Notes: generated from the letters alone by a model not told the origin. A DNA stretch of 54,309 nucleotides, filler included, from Basidioascus undulatus (GCA_000826855.1; 3 parts of 3 records of this genome joined end to end with filler, not necessarily neighbours in it); one strand, 5' to 3'. Positions 1 through 13,518 are shown, counted from the whole stretch's first letter. Translations and numbers: made by a program.

Positions 1-1
1 C

Positions 2-139
2 CCCCCCGGTATCCCCCTTAAAGTCCGCTTCAAGCTCATCACCGACTCGGGCGAGGAGATCAACCTCATCTCTGACCTGACCGAGAGCGATCTTGCTGCG
101 GCGCACGAGGAGGACCGCAAGAAGGCGGAGAAGCAGTGA
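2..139 (+). CDS. 3' end of an unidentified protein-coding gene (runs off window start)
   Basis: Open, GC3-biased frame PPGIPLKVRFKLITDSGEEINLISDLTESDLAAAHEEDRKKAEKQ ending in TGA at 137-139. Family not recognised. Confidence 0.55.
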   Translation, partial: PPGIPLKVRFKLITDSGEEINLISDLTESDLAAAHEEDRKKAEKQ

Positions 140-1616
140 AGGCCCATTCGGCTGGGATCTGGTTGGGGGCGGACACGGACACAGGAAAGGAACTGGAGAA
201 GTGAAGGAGGGGAGGGAGGGATTTTGTAGGGGGCGAAAGGGGTGGGGAGGTCGAATGAAATGACACCTGTCCAATGTGTGAGTGGGTGCTGAGCGCTATG
301 GATGTGCAGTGAGCTCCGTTCAACCTTATTGCGGCTAATCGCTTCGTGGGCTTTCTGGGCTCTGCAATAATCTGTCCTAGAAATAAGAGTCCGTTTGCAA
401 ACTACGTAGTGCCTTGAATCCTGCATTATTCTCGCAGTCGCCCACCTCGCCCTGCTTATGCACATCCACCCTGCCGACCCGTTCCTTCAACATAGACGAA
501 GGAGCAATCGGCTTGGAAGCTGCGACTTTGAACTGCCTCGGGCTTTGCCCTTATGAACTGGTGGATCACTGCGCTGAGCAGTGAACAGGCAGAACATCGA
601 GTGTGCTCCTCCAATCAATCGACTCTCCCTTGTCGCGTCCTGTGTGCTTTGGACAAGAGCCGAATAAGCTCGCTCTGCCTGACATTCTAGGGCTTTTCGG
701 TGCTTAGTACATTCATAATGAATCTGAAGCACATATGAGGTTTGTATCGGAGGTTTGTATCCCATGCTGCGTTCCGAAGTCTACGGACCGCGCGCACAGC
801 CTTCACACTGCTGAATGCGTACTGCGGGGTTGGGTCTATCTGAGCTGCCCAGAGCGGTCAGATTTAGAGGCTCAGTTTTCTGTGGAACGCTCTCAGAGGC
901 CTCCTGAGTATCAGTAGTTTGACATGTAGAGGCCGGGAACGGGCGGTCGCTTGCAGCTTGCAGGTAGAGGTCTGCGCAATGGAATTGCATGTAGCGTGCG
1001 CCTGTCTACTAGCTCCTCACCATGAAAATTGACGGAAAGTCCTTCGAAAGTTTTTGATAACTGGGTGCATTCAGGCTTTGAGCTCTTGACGAGCTGCTTG
1101 GTGAAGGGCCATTCGAGTTGCTGAAACGCAGTCGAATCCGGCGGGTGGGTGAGGGAATGCGACCCGACCAAGCCACAGAACTATACTTGCACTGTCCAGA
1201 CATTTCCACGTTCTCCCAACTATCGAACAGTTGCACATACTTCCCGTGGAACGGCCTGGTAAACCGATTGTACAGCGAGTCTTACCCAGGAGGTACGCCA
1301 TCCCTGCTCCGATGCCCCTATGTATGCCATTAGCGCGAATTGCCGTTGTTCCACCAGTCGCGAATTTTATTTCTTCCAGTTTAGTTTATGAGCGGACCGG
1401 GTTCACATACTCTTCACAAAGCCTTGGACTGGCCTTCGCGGGATCAGGTTGGCAAATACCAGACTTATAAAGCGTGCCCATGCTTCCACGCAGTTCTTGT
1501 TGACTTGCGCAGCACCCACGGGCCAAGCACACCGGCCCCCGGTAATGCAAGATGGAGATGCATGTTAATGACATACCCAGGGCGATTAGGCCCTCGCAAA
1601 TACCTTGCGGCTCTGT

Positions 1617-4021
1617 TTAAAGCGAGCTTTTGCCACCAAACTTAAAGAGATCAGGAACAGTCCAGTTTGCTCGTATAGAGTGAGTGGACATACCATGAAG
1701 TAGACACAGCGCTCCTGCCACCATAGTGCACCCCGCAAAAAATTGCCACGTACTGTCCGGATGGTAGTCTTGGTCGGTTAGTGACTCCAGACGCCAGGGG
1801 AGAACGCCGTTCACTTTCCATTGACGCCCTGACTGATCCAGGATCATAGCGCCTAGCGTGTTGCCGGCGAGGTTACCTGTGCATCGCTTAGACAGCTATC
1901 CGGAAACTTAGGACTAAGAGCTTACCTGGGGTGTTTGCAAGCATGAGCACTGCAAGGCAAGTCAGCTCCACTCATGTAAAGAAAGTATTGAAGACAGATA
2001 CACACTGCCGACAATGGTAGCTGAAAGGAGAGGCATAGAATGAAGTGCAGATTTACTGCTGGAAGTCGAATAGTGGACTAACCAAGTTGTTACATCCCGA
2101 AAACTGAAGAGGAAACAACCGGAAGTAGACTGATGAGCGGACCAACAGCACCGCTATGTAAGGTCTTTGCGTAATGAAAGGGCAAAAAATAAGTCAAGCA
2201 GACCCACTAAAGGATGGCAAATGCTATCGTTGCTCCACAGTTTTGAATGTTGGACCATATGACGAGCTGGAACAGACCAGACATAAAGAGGACTGCGAAG
2301 AGACTGTTGGCTGGTCCGAAAATAGTCGGCGAGCTGTCCGGCAACCGAGCGAGCAATTCTAGAGGGAAGTCTGTCAGCATGAGAAAGAAAGAGGAGGCGA
2401 TGGCAGGACAGACCCAGCACTGAAATTCATGGTGGCCGACATGAGGGTGGCTCCGAGGGGGCTTGTGCCCGGAACCATGTCGAAAGTGAATGTAACCTAG
2501 GCAAAAAGACAGTCAGTGGTCGGAACGTATACTGGACTGCAGCGATCTACCACCGAATGGCTGATCAGAAACATACAACGAAGAAGAATGGGATCGTGTA
2601 GCCGAAGACCTGGAGGCGAAACAGGAACAGCCGACGATCAGATCGCTAAACTGAAGGGGCACTTACGCAGATAATGTGCAAGCTCAAGAAAGTAGAGCTT
2701 CTGAACAGCGACACGTCAAAGGACGGGCGCTTGTTGACCTCGCCCACCATGGTCCTCCCCGCCTCCAGGTCTTTTGCCATCTTCAGCTGGGAAGGGAAGC
2801 GAGTCCTGACGAGGAAGAGTGCCGTGGTGCAGCAGACGCAGTGGATCCCTGCCTTGCCCCGCGAGACAGTCGAGTCCGGCTCCGAATCCGGCCCGGGCTA
2901 CGTCGATGCCAGTGGCGAGACCGCGGCGACGCAGGAACCAATGCGAAGGAACTGCCATGAGGCAGAGGAGGAGAAGGCCGGCTCCAATGCCGCACAGCAG
3001 ACCCGAGTGACAGGCCACGTTCGCAGTGCACGATTATTCTCAGCACGAGAGAGGGACCACGTCGAGGCGTGAAGGCGGCGAACTTGAGTGAGGATGGTCT
3101 GCCAAATCTTCTTGCTGACCGCCGCAAGTACCAGCGCGATGACATTGACGGCGGCGCCGGGGCGGAGCACAGCCTGTACTGCGTGTGCAGTGAACGGATG
3201 TGTAGCGCATAAAGATGCTCGTTTGACGACCTAGCTCTCGCATCCGATATCCATTACAGCCAAATTTTGCATGTTTCAGCACGAGGATGAGCAGCGTAGA
3301 AAGCCCAAATGAAAGCAGATGTACAAAGAGTCCGCCAAGCGACCGGCGAAAAGGCCTGTTGAGCTGCGACATCAGGCTGCGAAGGAAGAGCGGCTGGCAT
3401 AAGGACAAACAAGTAACGGTCATGGCCTACAAAAAAGCCCGAGTCAAGTACCATAGGTTGAGAAAATAATGAGGACCTGACGCACAGCGACCTGTAGTGA
3501 CCCGACTGCAGAAACGGTCGCGGTTGAAACGTATTCTGGTAAGCGTTGGCGGTGTCTCGGCGGGTCTGAAGGGATTAGTGAGCAGAAGTACACTGATGCA
3601 GACTTTTACTCACAATGTCGTTGGAAAATGGCCCATGTTACTGTATCCCACTATTAATGTGAGAATGCCTTCTCATCCTGATTTCGACTGCTGATACGCA
3701 CAAGAAAAGCCCATGGTCACCCAAGCCAGTAGAGCGCACCCCAACACGACTCCCCACGCCTTGAAACCGCCCTCAGGATATGTGACATGTTGACTGGCCA
3801 GAGGACCACCGCTATGAGCTGTGGCCGCTGACGATAGGACGCGTTCGGTAAGGACACCACCGTGATATCCGAGCTGCTCAGCCAATTGTTGCTCCGGCGG
3901 ACAGGACGCTTCCGGAGCTTCTGCGAAAGGCGAATGAGGCGAGCAGGTATGCTGGCCCCTTTTTGGCAGCCGGGGCAGGGGATAGCTGCTGGTGCTTTTG
4001 AATGCCGAATGGTGTGGACAT
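1617..4021 (-). pseudogene. MFS monocarboxylate-porter (Mch/MCT-like) transporter, degraded multi-exon gene; ends approximate
   Basis: Colinear family motifs: YPEGGFKAWGVVLGC (~3780), ALVLAAVSKKIWQTILTQ (~3110), GLLCGIGAG...SHWFLRRRGLATGI (~2950), RPSFDVSLFRSSTF (~2710), GNLAGNTLGAMILD...WQFFAGCTMVAGA (~1870-1710). The frame changes at ~2830-2870 with no usable intron, and no in-frame ATG was found upstream of YPEGG. Confidence 0.7.
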
Positions 4022-4624
4022 GGCGGAAAGCGGATTGAAGAAGTCGAGGCGGAGAGGGAAGCCAGAACGGCCAACCAGTACGTGCGCAGTACTGTTGGTT
4101 GTCTTCCCATAGAAATAAAAATAAAATGTTAGGCACAATCCCTCCGAAGTCCAGTCAGTGCATTCGCGAAGAGCGAGTAGTCTGGTTGGCTGGGCCGGAA
4201 GTGCATGTTCCATGTACGGCCTGTGGTCGATCCCTTCGCCCTTTGCCATCTTGTCACTTGTGTATTTTAGTTCTGTTGTTGGCCCGAACGATGTCATATG
4301 TTTCACTATTTCAATAAACACCGCGTGAAGGTCAAGCCCGCCTCAACACAGCAATAATTGCAGTTTCGTCCTGAAGAACGATATTTGTGAGTAAATGTGT
4401 TGCCTCGGCGCTTCATTATCCGTTCAAAGGCAAGGCCCCATAGCGTGGAGGAGTCCATTTGACCAATTCATCGCCCTTATGATATTAAAGGCAGAGGATA
4501 AGGTGGTGTAAAGATGTAAGCAGTAGACTGCTGGCCGGGGACGAGCCGAGGCTGGCCGCCGTTCAGCGCGCCGCCGGCGTCCAGGTCGCCCGCGTTGAGT
4601 TGTTGGTGATCCTTCCTCCTTCAC

Positions 4625-4810
4625 AAGCATCACGCCTACTTCGACCTATACTACAGCTACTTCGGACTCGCCCTTTTCTCTCGGCATCTAGCTAACAACA
4701 TTGAGTCCGGTTCCCGCAACGGCAAGCGAAGAAGGTCAGTTCAAGGGGTGGGCGAAGGGGGATGTCCTAAGGGAGAGGCTTACGCACGTTTGATCCCGCA
4801 CAACCAACAC
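4625..4810 (+). pseudogene. Possible relic of the 3' end of a protein prenyltransferase beta subunit (GGTase/FTase beta)
   Basis: DLYYSYFGLALFS resembles the DxYHsYxGLAxLS motif and is followed out of frame by GLRTFDPA (GLxxLDP-like C-terminal motif). Short matches only. Confidence 0.35.
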
Positions 4811-5014
4811 TTCGTTCGCTTGGATATATGTGAGTATCGAGAGTTCCAAACATAGGAGGAAGATAACGAGATCACCGGTAGACTGGGAGCAGTGGGACAG
4901 ACGCGCCGGGACCGAGACGGAGTTGTCTCGCAGAGTTCTTCTAGCTGATTTTTCGTACAGACGAATTTGTTTCAATGACATAAGCCAACGGCACAAAAAC
5001 AGGGCGTTTCCGCC

Positions 5015-5560
5015 GTGGTGTTCTTCCTCGCCACCCTCCCGCCCATCTTGTTGATTGAGAAGCTGGGTCGCCGAACGCTTCTTTTGTGGGGCGCGGTGGC
5101 CACCACCTTATCTATGATGTATGCGGAATCCTTAACCTCTCAAAGACCCCTTCACGTGGCTGTCGGGAGTGCTGATGTGCCTCTCACCCCCTGCGGCGGC
5201 TTCACCGTCGCCATCACATATACCCGCGATAATCAAGCTGCGGTCTGGGTGGGGGTCGCCATGATCTTTGCGTTTGAGTTCTTCTTCGGTTCATCCAGGA
5301 ACTGTGTTGTCTGGGTCTGCTTGCCGAAACGTCTTGTTGATGGACGCTTCATCACTTCGCCCCCAAACGTGCCAGACCCGAAATTTGTGAGTGTGACGAC
5401 CGTTCTGAAACCCGCCCCATGCTGAGCTCTTCCTCTGGCAGCACCTCTTCCATTCCGGCACATCAACTCATCGTTGGACGCTGCATCTGAAGTGCTCGCT
5501 GAGAATGATGTCGAGGTCCTCGAGGGCCTGGATATGTCGACACATCGATCTTTACCGTGA
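5015..5560 (+). pseudogene. Sugar porter (MFS) fragment, C-terminal half only
   Basis: VFFLATLPPILLIEKLGRRTLLLWG (xGRRxxLL loop motif) and AVWVGVAMIFAFEFFFG..VVWV. No N-terminal half is recognisable and the sequence decays downstream. Confidence 0.65.
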
Positions 5561-5914
5561 CAAAGGCAAACAGCCTGGGCGTCGATGTCAAACTATCAGC
5601 AAAAGAATGGGGCGGATGTGAAAGTGGTTGAGGTCTGATTCAACGAGATCGTTGGGGACAGCGCTTTGTTTTGTTGCTTTTCGATTGGCATGATGATTTT
5701 GGGTTTTGGGATACCTACGTCGGTCGGCTGCCTATGCTCACCTGCTCTGGTTGCCGTCCTGAGAACAAAAATAAATGCTGGTGTCAATAAATATTGATGT
5801 TTGTAAATCAATATTAATTGTGTGGCTCCGAGAGGAGCCTTCCCCGGGGCAGTCAAATGCGGGACCCACCGACCAACGAGGGAAGCGATACTGGAACAAA
5901 GCGGCGATGGATTA

Positions 5915-6620
5915 TCAGGGCTTCCCCAAATCTAAATCCACCTCCGTTCCTGTCTCCCTCATCAAACCCCTCAGTTTATCCCACATCCTCCCCAGCACGA
6001 CCCGCCCGTCCTCACGGCCCCCCTCCGAGCCGACACCCTCCATCCTAGCTACCAGCTCCTCCATCTCCCTCTCCTTCCCCCTTTCGCCGCCCAGCTCCTC
6101 AGAGAACCCAACCAAGCTCCGCACGCCCGTCTGTCGCGCATCCTCGAGCTCTGCGGCCTCGTGCTCGCGTGCGTGCGCTTCGGCCTCGAGATCGGGCGGG
6201 AGGAGGGACGCAGGAGTCAGGCGCGCGAGATCTTGGATCAGGTTGCGTAGGGAGATGATGAGGTCTTGATTCGGAGGCGATGAGGTGGTCGTGAGGAAGG
6301 AGAGGAGGGAGGAGGCGAAGCCGCGTAGGCGACCGAGCGAGGCCCCGTACGGCGCGGCGAGGGCGAAGCCGGCGTCAAAGCCGGACTGGAGCGTAGAGAG
6401 CTTCCCAGCTGTGATGCCTTCTCGGTATCCTTCCTGCAAGAGTTGAAAGCGACCACCCCTGTACTTGAGCAAGCGGATGGCACGGGAGGGGCTCTGGGTA
6501 ACGCACATCCGAGAACCGGTCGGAGAGCCTCGCCCATTCGATAGATGCATGCTGCTGCGGCAGTGCTGCCCCATCGGCAGAGTGCATGGAAGAGCTCTCC
6601 CAAATATCGTCCTCGTCCAT
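5915..6620 (-). CDS. YAE1: Yae1-family protein (adaptor for Fe-S maturation of Rli1); exons 6620-6507 and 6433-5915
   Basis: MDEDDIW...EWARLSDRFSD|EGYREGITAGKLSTLQSGFDAGFALAAPYGASLGRLRG carries the GX3-repeat motif. One in-frame GT-AG intron. Confidence 0.85.
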
Positions 6621-7136
6621 CGCGGGAAATGCAAAGGGGAGAGTGAGAGAGTGCTAGGAAGCTGGGTGTGGTCAAGGGAGAAGACGCGTCTCCCAAATTT
6701 CGAGCTTCGTCATCTTGACCAGCGTTTTCTCACGTCATTGCGTTGCTCGTAAACGAAATCGACCGCCGTCTGTCGACGTCTGTCTTTCCCAATCTTCAAC
6801 TCGTACCAAGGGGGTAGCCAATGCAAACACCTCGAAGCTGGCATTGCACCAGCTCAACGCAGTCAGATGAGTGGCTGATTGCTTGTGCGTCTATTTGCTG
6901 CGAGAGTGTCGAGTAGTGCTACAAGTACATTCGAGACGGGTTGCCCATGATGGAAGCGAGAGAAAAATGCGACATGCAAGAAGAAGCAAGCAAGCAATGC
7001 GAGATCCGTCTCCTCTCCAATCCCCTCACCTCCCTATCCCTCTTCCAAAAACGTCCTTGCCGTTCGACCATCAACCCCACCTCAACCTTTCTTCTCCCTC
7101 CTAACCTTTCCCCTGTACCCTCGAGCCTGCTGCCCT

Positions 7137-10100
7137 TCACGCGGAAGGAGCCGGCGGCGGCGCCAGCGCCGCCTCGCCAAGGACGCTGGAGATACGGAGC
7201 GTGACGCTGAGCGGGTACAAGCGCTCCTCCATCCGCGCGACGAGCGCGCGTGCGCGGTCGATCTCGCCTGCACCCATCTCGGCGCGGACCATCGTCTCCC
7301 ACGTCGACGGCTCGCGCTGAACTTGCGCGGCGATCGAAGCGTCGGACGCGGGGCTCGGGTGGTTGCCGGCGGCGGCGACGCCCATGTTGGGCTGTAGAAC
7401 GTAAAAACGTCAGCGGGAGTGTTGGCAGAGATTTGAGAGCAACCGAGTGAAGGCGACGCACGTCAGTCATAGACTCGAAGACGGCGCGGGCGGAGTCAAT
7501 GTTGCCCGAGGCGGCGAAGCCCTTGATGAGGAGGTTGTTGATGTAGGCGGTTGGATGGATGCCAGAAGACGTGAGGCGGGCGAGTAGGTCCGGGATAAGG
7601 TCAGTGCGGTGGAGGGTTACGAAGACGTTGAGAAGCGCTGTCGGGCGAAGCACACAACGTCAGCACTGCGAAGCACGACGATCCTCGCACGAGAACACGA
7701 ACGCACCCTCGTAAGCCACAGCGTCCGGCATCGGCGTCTTGGCCTTCCTGGAGCTCGGGAGCTCGGCGATACCCTCGAAGATGGCCTGCGCGCGCTCGAG
7801 GTCCATCTCGACACATCCCGCAGAGTGGATCAGGCTGGCCCAGTGCGCGCCCGTGACCTCGACATTCACGTCCGCGACGAGCTTGTCGAAGACCTCGCGC
7901 AGGCTGCGGCGGTCCACGGGCGCGATCGCGCCGTACGCGTCGAGGAGGAGCTTGTACGTGTGCGCCGAGGGCGGGACGCGAGCTCGCACGAGCTGCTGGA
8001 AGTAGAAGAGCGCGCGCTCACGGTTCGGCTTGGTCTGCGTGTAGAACTGCATCATGCTGTAAACGGGAAGCGAGGGAGAGCGGAGTCAGCATCCTCCGCA
8101 CATGAGGAACACGACAGGACAAAGGACGCACGTGTTGTAAGGCGGAACGCGGGGCTTAAAGTTGGACGCAGCCGACATCTCCTGGAAGAGCTGCTCGGCA
8201 GTCGCCTCGTCGCCGATGCGCGTGCAAGCGTTGATGACGGCGCCGTACGTGACGGACGTGGGCTTGAGCCGGCTGCCCTTCATCTCGTTGAAGAGCTCGA
8301 GGGCGAGGTTGGCCTTGCGCGCGCGGGAGAGCTTGGAGATGATGGTATTGTAGAGGAAGACGTTGGGGCGGACGCCGAGGCGCTGGCTCTCGTCCCAGAG
8401 CTCGCGCGCGATGCTCGCATCGTCCGTCGTCTCCTTCACGTTGCTGATGCACGCCGCGTACGCGTCCGCGGAGGGCACGCCCCCGGACTGGACGATGCGT
8501 ATGCGATGCACGCCCGCGCCGTCCATGTCGCCCGCGTGCGCGAGCGCGACGACCATCTGGTCCTCGATCTCGAACCACGCGCGGGCCTGCTCGAGCGGGT
8601 CCGCGCCGAGCCCGGCGATCGCCCCGTGCGCGAGCAGGTACACGTCTTTGGCCTTGTCCGCCTCGCCCAGACGCCCAAGCTGGTTCACGAGCAGGCCGAT
8701 CGCCTCGGGCGACGCCGTGCGGCCCTCCTGCTGCGCGGCGGCCATCAGGCGCTCGTGTACCTCGAGCGGCGACGCCGCCTGCCGGCGCCAGTCCTGGTGC
8801 ACTTGGATGCTGGCCGTGAGGGACTCGTCGATCTGGAGCGCGGGCGGGCCGGCAGGCGGCGTCGCGGGCGGGGAGAGCAGGTGCTCCGCGAATGCTTCCG
8901 GCGGCGGGGCGGGGAAGGGGCTCGCGCCGTCCGAGGGCGGCGGCGTCTGCGGAAGGGACGAGTAGTCGTGGATGCGGTAGTAGTCCGTGCCAATCTTCGC
9001 GAACAGCTCAACGGCACGCTCGCGGCCAGCGAGTATGGTGACAACGCGCGAAAGCGAGTAGAGGTCGACAAACGCCCACCTCGGGGACTCCACGTTCGGT
9101 CCGAGAAGCGTGACGAGGTCGTCGAGGAACTGCTCGGCGCTCGCACCGCTGTGGGCCTCCGGGTTAAGCCTCAAGTCCGTGACGAACCACTGCGCAACCC
9201 AAGAGTCCACATAGAGCGCGAGCGTCTCATCCGTCAGCCCGAGCTTCGTGATGTCCCCGCCCGCGGCCTGGCGATGGTGCTCGATGACTGCTGCGATGCG
9301 CGCGGGGACGTCGCCCTTGACGTTGATCCTGTGCTTGCGAACCATGCGCGCGACCGCGAACGCGACGTCGAGCGGGATGTCCGAGACGGGCACCTCGGCC
9401 TCGGCCGATGGGTGGATGCCGAGGAACGCGCGCGCCCGGAGCGCAACGAACTTCTGCAGCGCATCGAGGCGGTCGCCGAGCGGGACGGACGCGAGCTCGG
9501 GGCGGCCGAGCGACTCGGTGCCGAGCGTGGCGAACTCGTCCGTCAGGCGCAGTGCGAGCTCCGTCTTGCCGAGGTCCGCAGCGGTCTGGATGAGGTCCTT
9601 GATCGGGTAGTAGTAGATGCCGGCGCTCGTGATCGCCTCGCGCGTGCTCGTCGCGTGCTCGCGAAGGGCTTGCGCAGCGTGCTCGAGGAGCGCCTCCGCG
9701 CGCGCAGGCTCGGCGACGGCCGCCTTCATGTCGGCGTTGACAATGCCCATGATGTGGTCGGTGTTAATGTCGAGGTTGTCCGGGATCTCGTTCGCGATGA
9801 GTGTCGCCCACACGGCGTGCGCGTCGTCGATGCGGTGCGCCTTGTACGCGGCACGGATGACGGCGAGGTAGGCGGCGCTGTCGGGGCGGGGGAGCGCGAT
9901 GTCGGTCGGGGCGGGGGAGGCCGAAGTAGCAAGGATGCGGTTGAGCCAGGCGAGCGCGGTATCGACGTCGCCGGACGCAGCGAAACCGGTAATCATGGTC
10001 GAGATCGTGGCCGAATTCGGGCTCGGGATCGAACCGTCCTCCGAGGGGCTCAGCATGCGCTCGAAGATCGCAACCGCGCCCGCGGCATCGTCCAGAGTGA

Positions 10101-11893
10101 AGTGCGTCGAGATCATGGCGTTCCAGACAGCGGGGACCGGGTCGACTTCGGCAGCGGCCGAGAGCTCGAGACGCTTCTCCTTGATCGCCTCCTGGAACTC
10201 CTCGAACACGACCGTTGCGCCTTCGAGGTCAGCGACAGCCGTGTAGACCTGCGGAGCAGGAGAGAACGGGTGAGCATTTCCCTCGAGCCAAAGAGGGATG
10301 CAGAAAATTAAGGCGCACCTGAAGCATATGCAGATAGCTGACGTGATCCGGCTGCCCTTGCGGGAGCTCCTCGAGTGACGAAAAGACCTGGATAGCGGTG
10401 TCGATGTCCTTTGCCTGCGCGCACGACCTGAGGAGGACGTTGTGCGTGTCCGCGTCGGTGGGCGCCTTGCCGAGCCTGCGCGCGAGCGCAAAGATCGCCC
10501 TGGCCGAGCCGAAGTTGTCCTCCTTCTGGAACGTCTTGGCCGTGCGGTTGCTCTTGGTCTGGTCGAGCGCGCGCCGCAGGGCGGCATCACGCTGGCAGAG
10601 CGCGTGGATCATGAGCGAGTAGATGCGCGGGGTCGGCTTGAGCCCGCGCGCGAGCATGTCGTTGTAGAGCTCAAGGCTGTCCGTGATCGGCGCGTCCTTG
10701 GGCGCGGTCTGCAGCAGCGCCTGCAGCGCCGCCGCCCAGGTCGAGTCGGTCGGTTCGTCCAGGTTGCGCAGCGCAAAGACGGCGCGCTGCACGGCCGCGT
10801 GGTCGTTCGCGCGCTGCGCAGCGTCGAGCCGGTGGGTGATGTCGTTTGCCAGGGATTCACGCTCGGAACGGGGACCGGTGGGAGGGGTGGAACGGAGACC
10901 GGGAGGCGGGGGGGACGTGGCCGGGGCAGAGTCGGTAGCATCGGTAATTGGGTCGGCAGCAGTAGTCGAGTCGGTGGTCGTAGTAGTCGGGGTGGCTGTT
11001 GCAGAACAGCAGGGAAAGTCAGCAAGGGGCATTCAAGGTAGAATACGCAGCGCCATAACGCACTTTCCAAGTGAACAGCATTCTCCTCAATGGCCTGCTC
11101 CGGCGGTGGTAGCGGTGGCGGTCCGAGATCGGGGTCCTCCGCGGGGCGGTCCGAAGCAGCGGAGGTCGAGTTGCTCCTGCTGCGCGGACGCTGGGGAGCC
11201 TCGTCCGGGCGCGTCGCGCTGCTAGAGAAGGTGCGCTTCTGCTCAGTGCGCAGCTGGGCGAGGACGTGGCCGTGCTGGCCAGCGGAGAAGGAGCGGCTGC
11301 GGAGGCGGCGGGAGCGGCGAAGAACAGCGGAGGGCCCAAGGGGCAGGAAGTCGTCGTCGTCGGTCTCGTACGAGTCTTTGTCGGCTTGGGACGAGGTGTT
11401 GGTCGCCTGGGTCAGGGCGCGGCCATAGCCCTGCGGAGTGAGAGATGGGCGTCAATACGGCGATGAGCTTGAAATGTGCGGGGGTGTAAGAGATTCAGCC
11501 GAGATGGAAGATCTGAGAAGACGTCTTCTCCTCCTTCCTCGTCACACCCACGGCTCGCAAGACTGACCAAGCTTCCCCATCGAGCAGTGAAGCTCTCAAA
11601 TTATGCCTGTTGCTCCCAGATCTCGAGAGCAATAGCGGGTGCGCCCATCCACCAAGCAGCCCGTCCGCGTCTCTTAGCGGCCGCCGCCCGCCTCGCTCGC
11701 CTCGCCACTCTCCCTCTGCCTATACCGAACTCTGACTCACATGGTAGCCCTGATAGAACCCTCTCCCAGGGTGGAACCCAGCGCCCGCACCCCCAGCGCC
11801 GCCGAAACCGCTCCCACTGGCGGCAGAGGGCCCGGTGGTTGTGACGGCCCTGAACGAGTGCTGGAACGTCCGGAAGAACGTCTTTGACAGCAT
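7137..11893 (-). CDS. Large multi-exon pentatricopeptide-repeat (PPR) protein, probably mitochondrial RNA-binding
   Basis: Many PPR motifs, e.g. VRPNVFLYNTIISKLSRARKANLALELFNEMKGSRLKPTSVTYGAVINACTRIGD, PTPRIYSLMIHALC and PTAYINNLLIKGFA. Exon 1 (11893-11741, MLSKTFFRTFQHSFRAV...GRGFYQGYH) splices in frame to 11430 (GYGRALTQA). Stop at 7137. Confidence 0.9.
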
Positions 11894-12010
11894 CTCGGTG
11901 CTATCTTATCGATGGTCGTCCCCTCGGGGGGAATGTGTGTGTATGTGCGAACAGTCGGGAATGTGACGCGAAAGGGAGCGAAGCGAGCGAGCGAGTGAGG
12001 ACGATCTTAG

Positions 12011-12054
12011 AAGTCAGAAGGCAGACTCAAGTCAGAAGAGGCTCAAGTCAGAAG
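12011..12054. repeat. Three direct copies of AAGTCAGAAG upstream of the PPR start codon
   Basis: Copies at 12011, 12029 and 12045. Confidence 0.6.
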
Positions 12055-13518
12055 GCAGAGCCTGCCTAAGTCGAGCGAGGCAAGAATTCCACCGTCGCGA
12101 GTCGCGCCGAGCGCCGGGTCAGTTCGGCCATTTCGCTGGCCCGCCTCCGAGGCGCTGCCGGGCGCGTCGTAAGCCTTGCACTCGCGGCCGCCAGGACACT
12201 CACTCCAAAGTGAGATCATGAGAATGCATGTGCCTTGGGGATCTTTCAGTACGGAAGGGGGTCGGATCTGGCGGTGTATGGCGGTCTTCCTGGTCGGGCC
12301 ACAGTCGGCTTCTCTTGGACTTGCAGGCCAGGAGACATGCAGTCACAAACCGGCGGTGGTAACAACTTGCTAATGTGAAACCTGATACTGAGGCTCCTTA
12401 CTTTCCTCCCAGCTTTGGACTGAGTTGAGTGCCTTTGTGCATGGAAGACCAAGCGTGAGATTTCGCACTTGCAGTGGCGACGATGGGACATGTCATCGTT
12501 CCCTGGACATCCACGACGCTCGCGCAAACGTCCTCTGCACGTCGTATTGCAAGTGCTCTTTTGAGCTACAAAATAGAGCCTTGTTGAAGTTTAAAGGACA
12601 AATATGGAAGGGACACGGCGGGATTCCCACATTCATTCATGGCACGCAATGAACTAACGAATATTGTGCCTGACTTCAGGCCGCAGGCGCCGAGACAGCC
12701 AGTCCTACAACGAGAGATTCTCGATGAAGCAGATACTAAAAAAATCCCTGGAATATTGGGGGTTGGAGTTTATCCAAGAGCTGGGCGCGCAAGGGAATTG
12801 CACATTCTTGTCGCACGCGAGCCGCTACGACGCACGTCTGTCTACTGTCGCCACCGCTGCAAGCGCCATAGCAGACTGCTACTTCCTGTTCATTACATCC
12901 ACAAGAAATTATCAGGGGATCACAGGTGTATTTCAGAATAATGAGGACATAATAGCGAGGGCTGGAAGGTCTATACACCCAAGAAATGTGCATGCAGCAC
13001 ATACAGTCGGTGGCGCGGGTCGGGATAAGGAAGACGCAAGCAAGAAACCGAATCCGAGGAAGGGGTAATTATTAGAGTCTTGGAACTGTGTATCTAATCC
13101 ACAGCACTGTGCACTTGTATCACAATTCGATGGTTACTGAAGAGATGGGCAGGAGTGCAGCGACCACGATGTCGACTCCAGCAGTGCTGTGATTTTACGC
13201 GATCTTCCCAGCTTGTAACGAACGAGACTTGCATCATAGTTTCGCAAAGAAAAGAAAAGTAGGTCAGAGATAAGATGTCAGTTGCAGCTTATGGACACGC
13301 ATCGCAAACACGTCTCGCATAGTTTGTGAGGAGCCGCCAAAGCTCTGAAAGTCCCCAGAAACAACATGATGTGCTGGGTGCTGACATGAGAACACGAGAA
13401 GAAAAGGCATAACGAATGTGCATGAACTTTTGCAAACAGCTAAACCCATGCGAAAGAAGGCTAAAAAGCATGTTCGGGATTGCAATGTCCGAGTGGAGAA
13501 CAGGAAAGTGCGGACTCT

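Noticed and set aside
487..1580. Short minus-strand ORFs (e.g. FQQLEWPFTKQL, KFATGGTTAI)
   Set aside because: Possibly a gene relic, but no recognisable family or consistent splice model.
7609..10311. 900-aa ORF on the + strand
   Set aside because: Antisense shadow of the GC3-rich PPR exons; R/G/A/V-rich with no domain motifs.
12200..13480. Overlapping ORFs of 70-134 aa in lower-GC DNA
   Set aside because: No motifs and no clear codon bias; cannot be supported as a gene.
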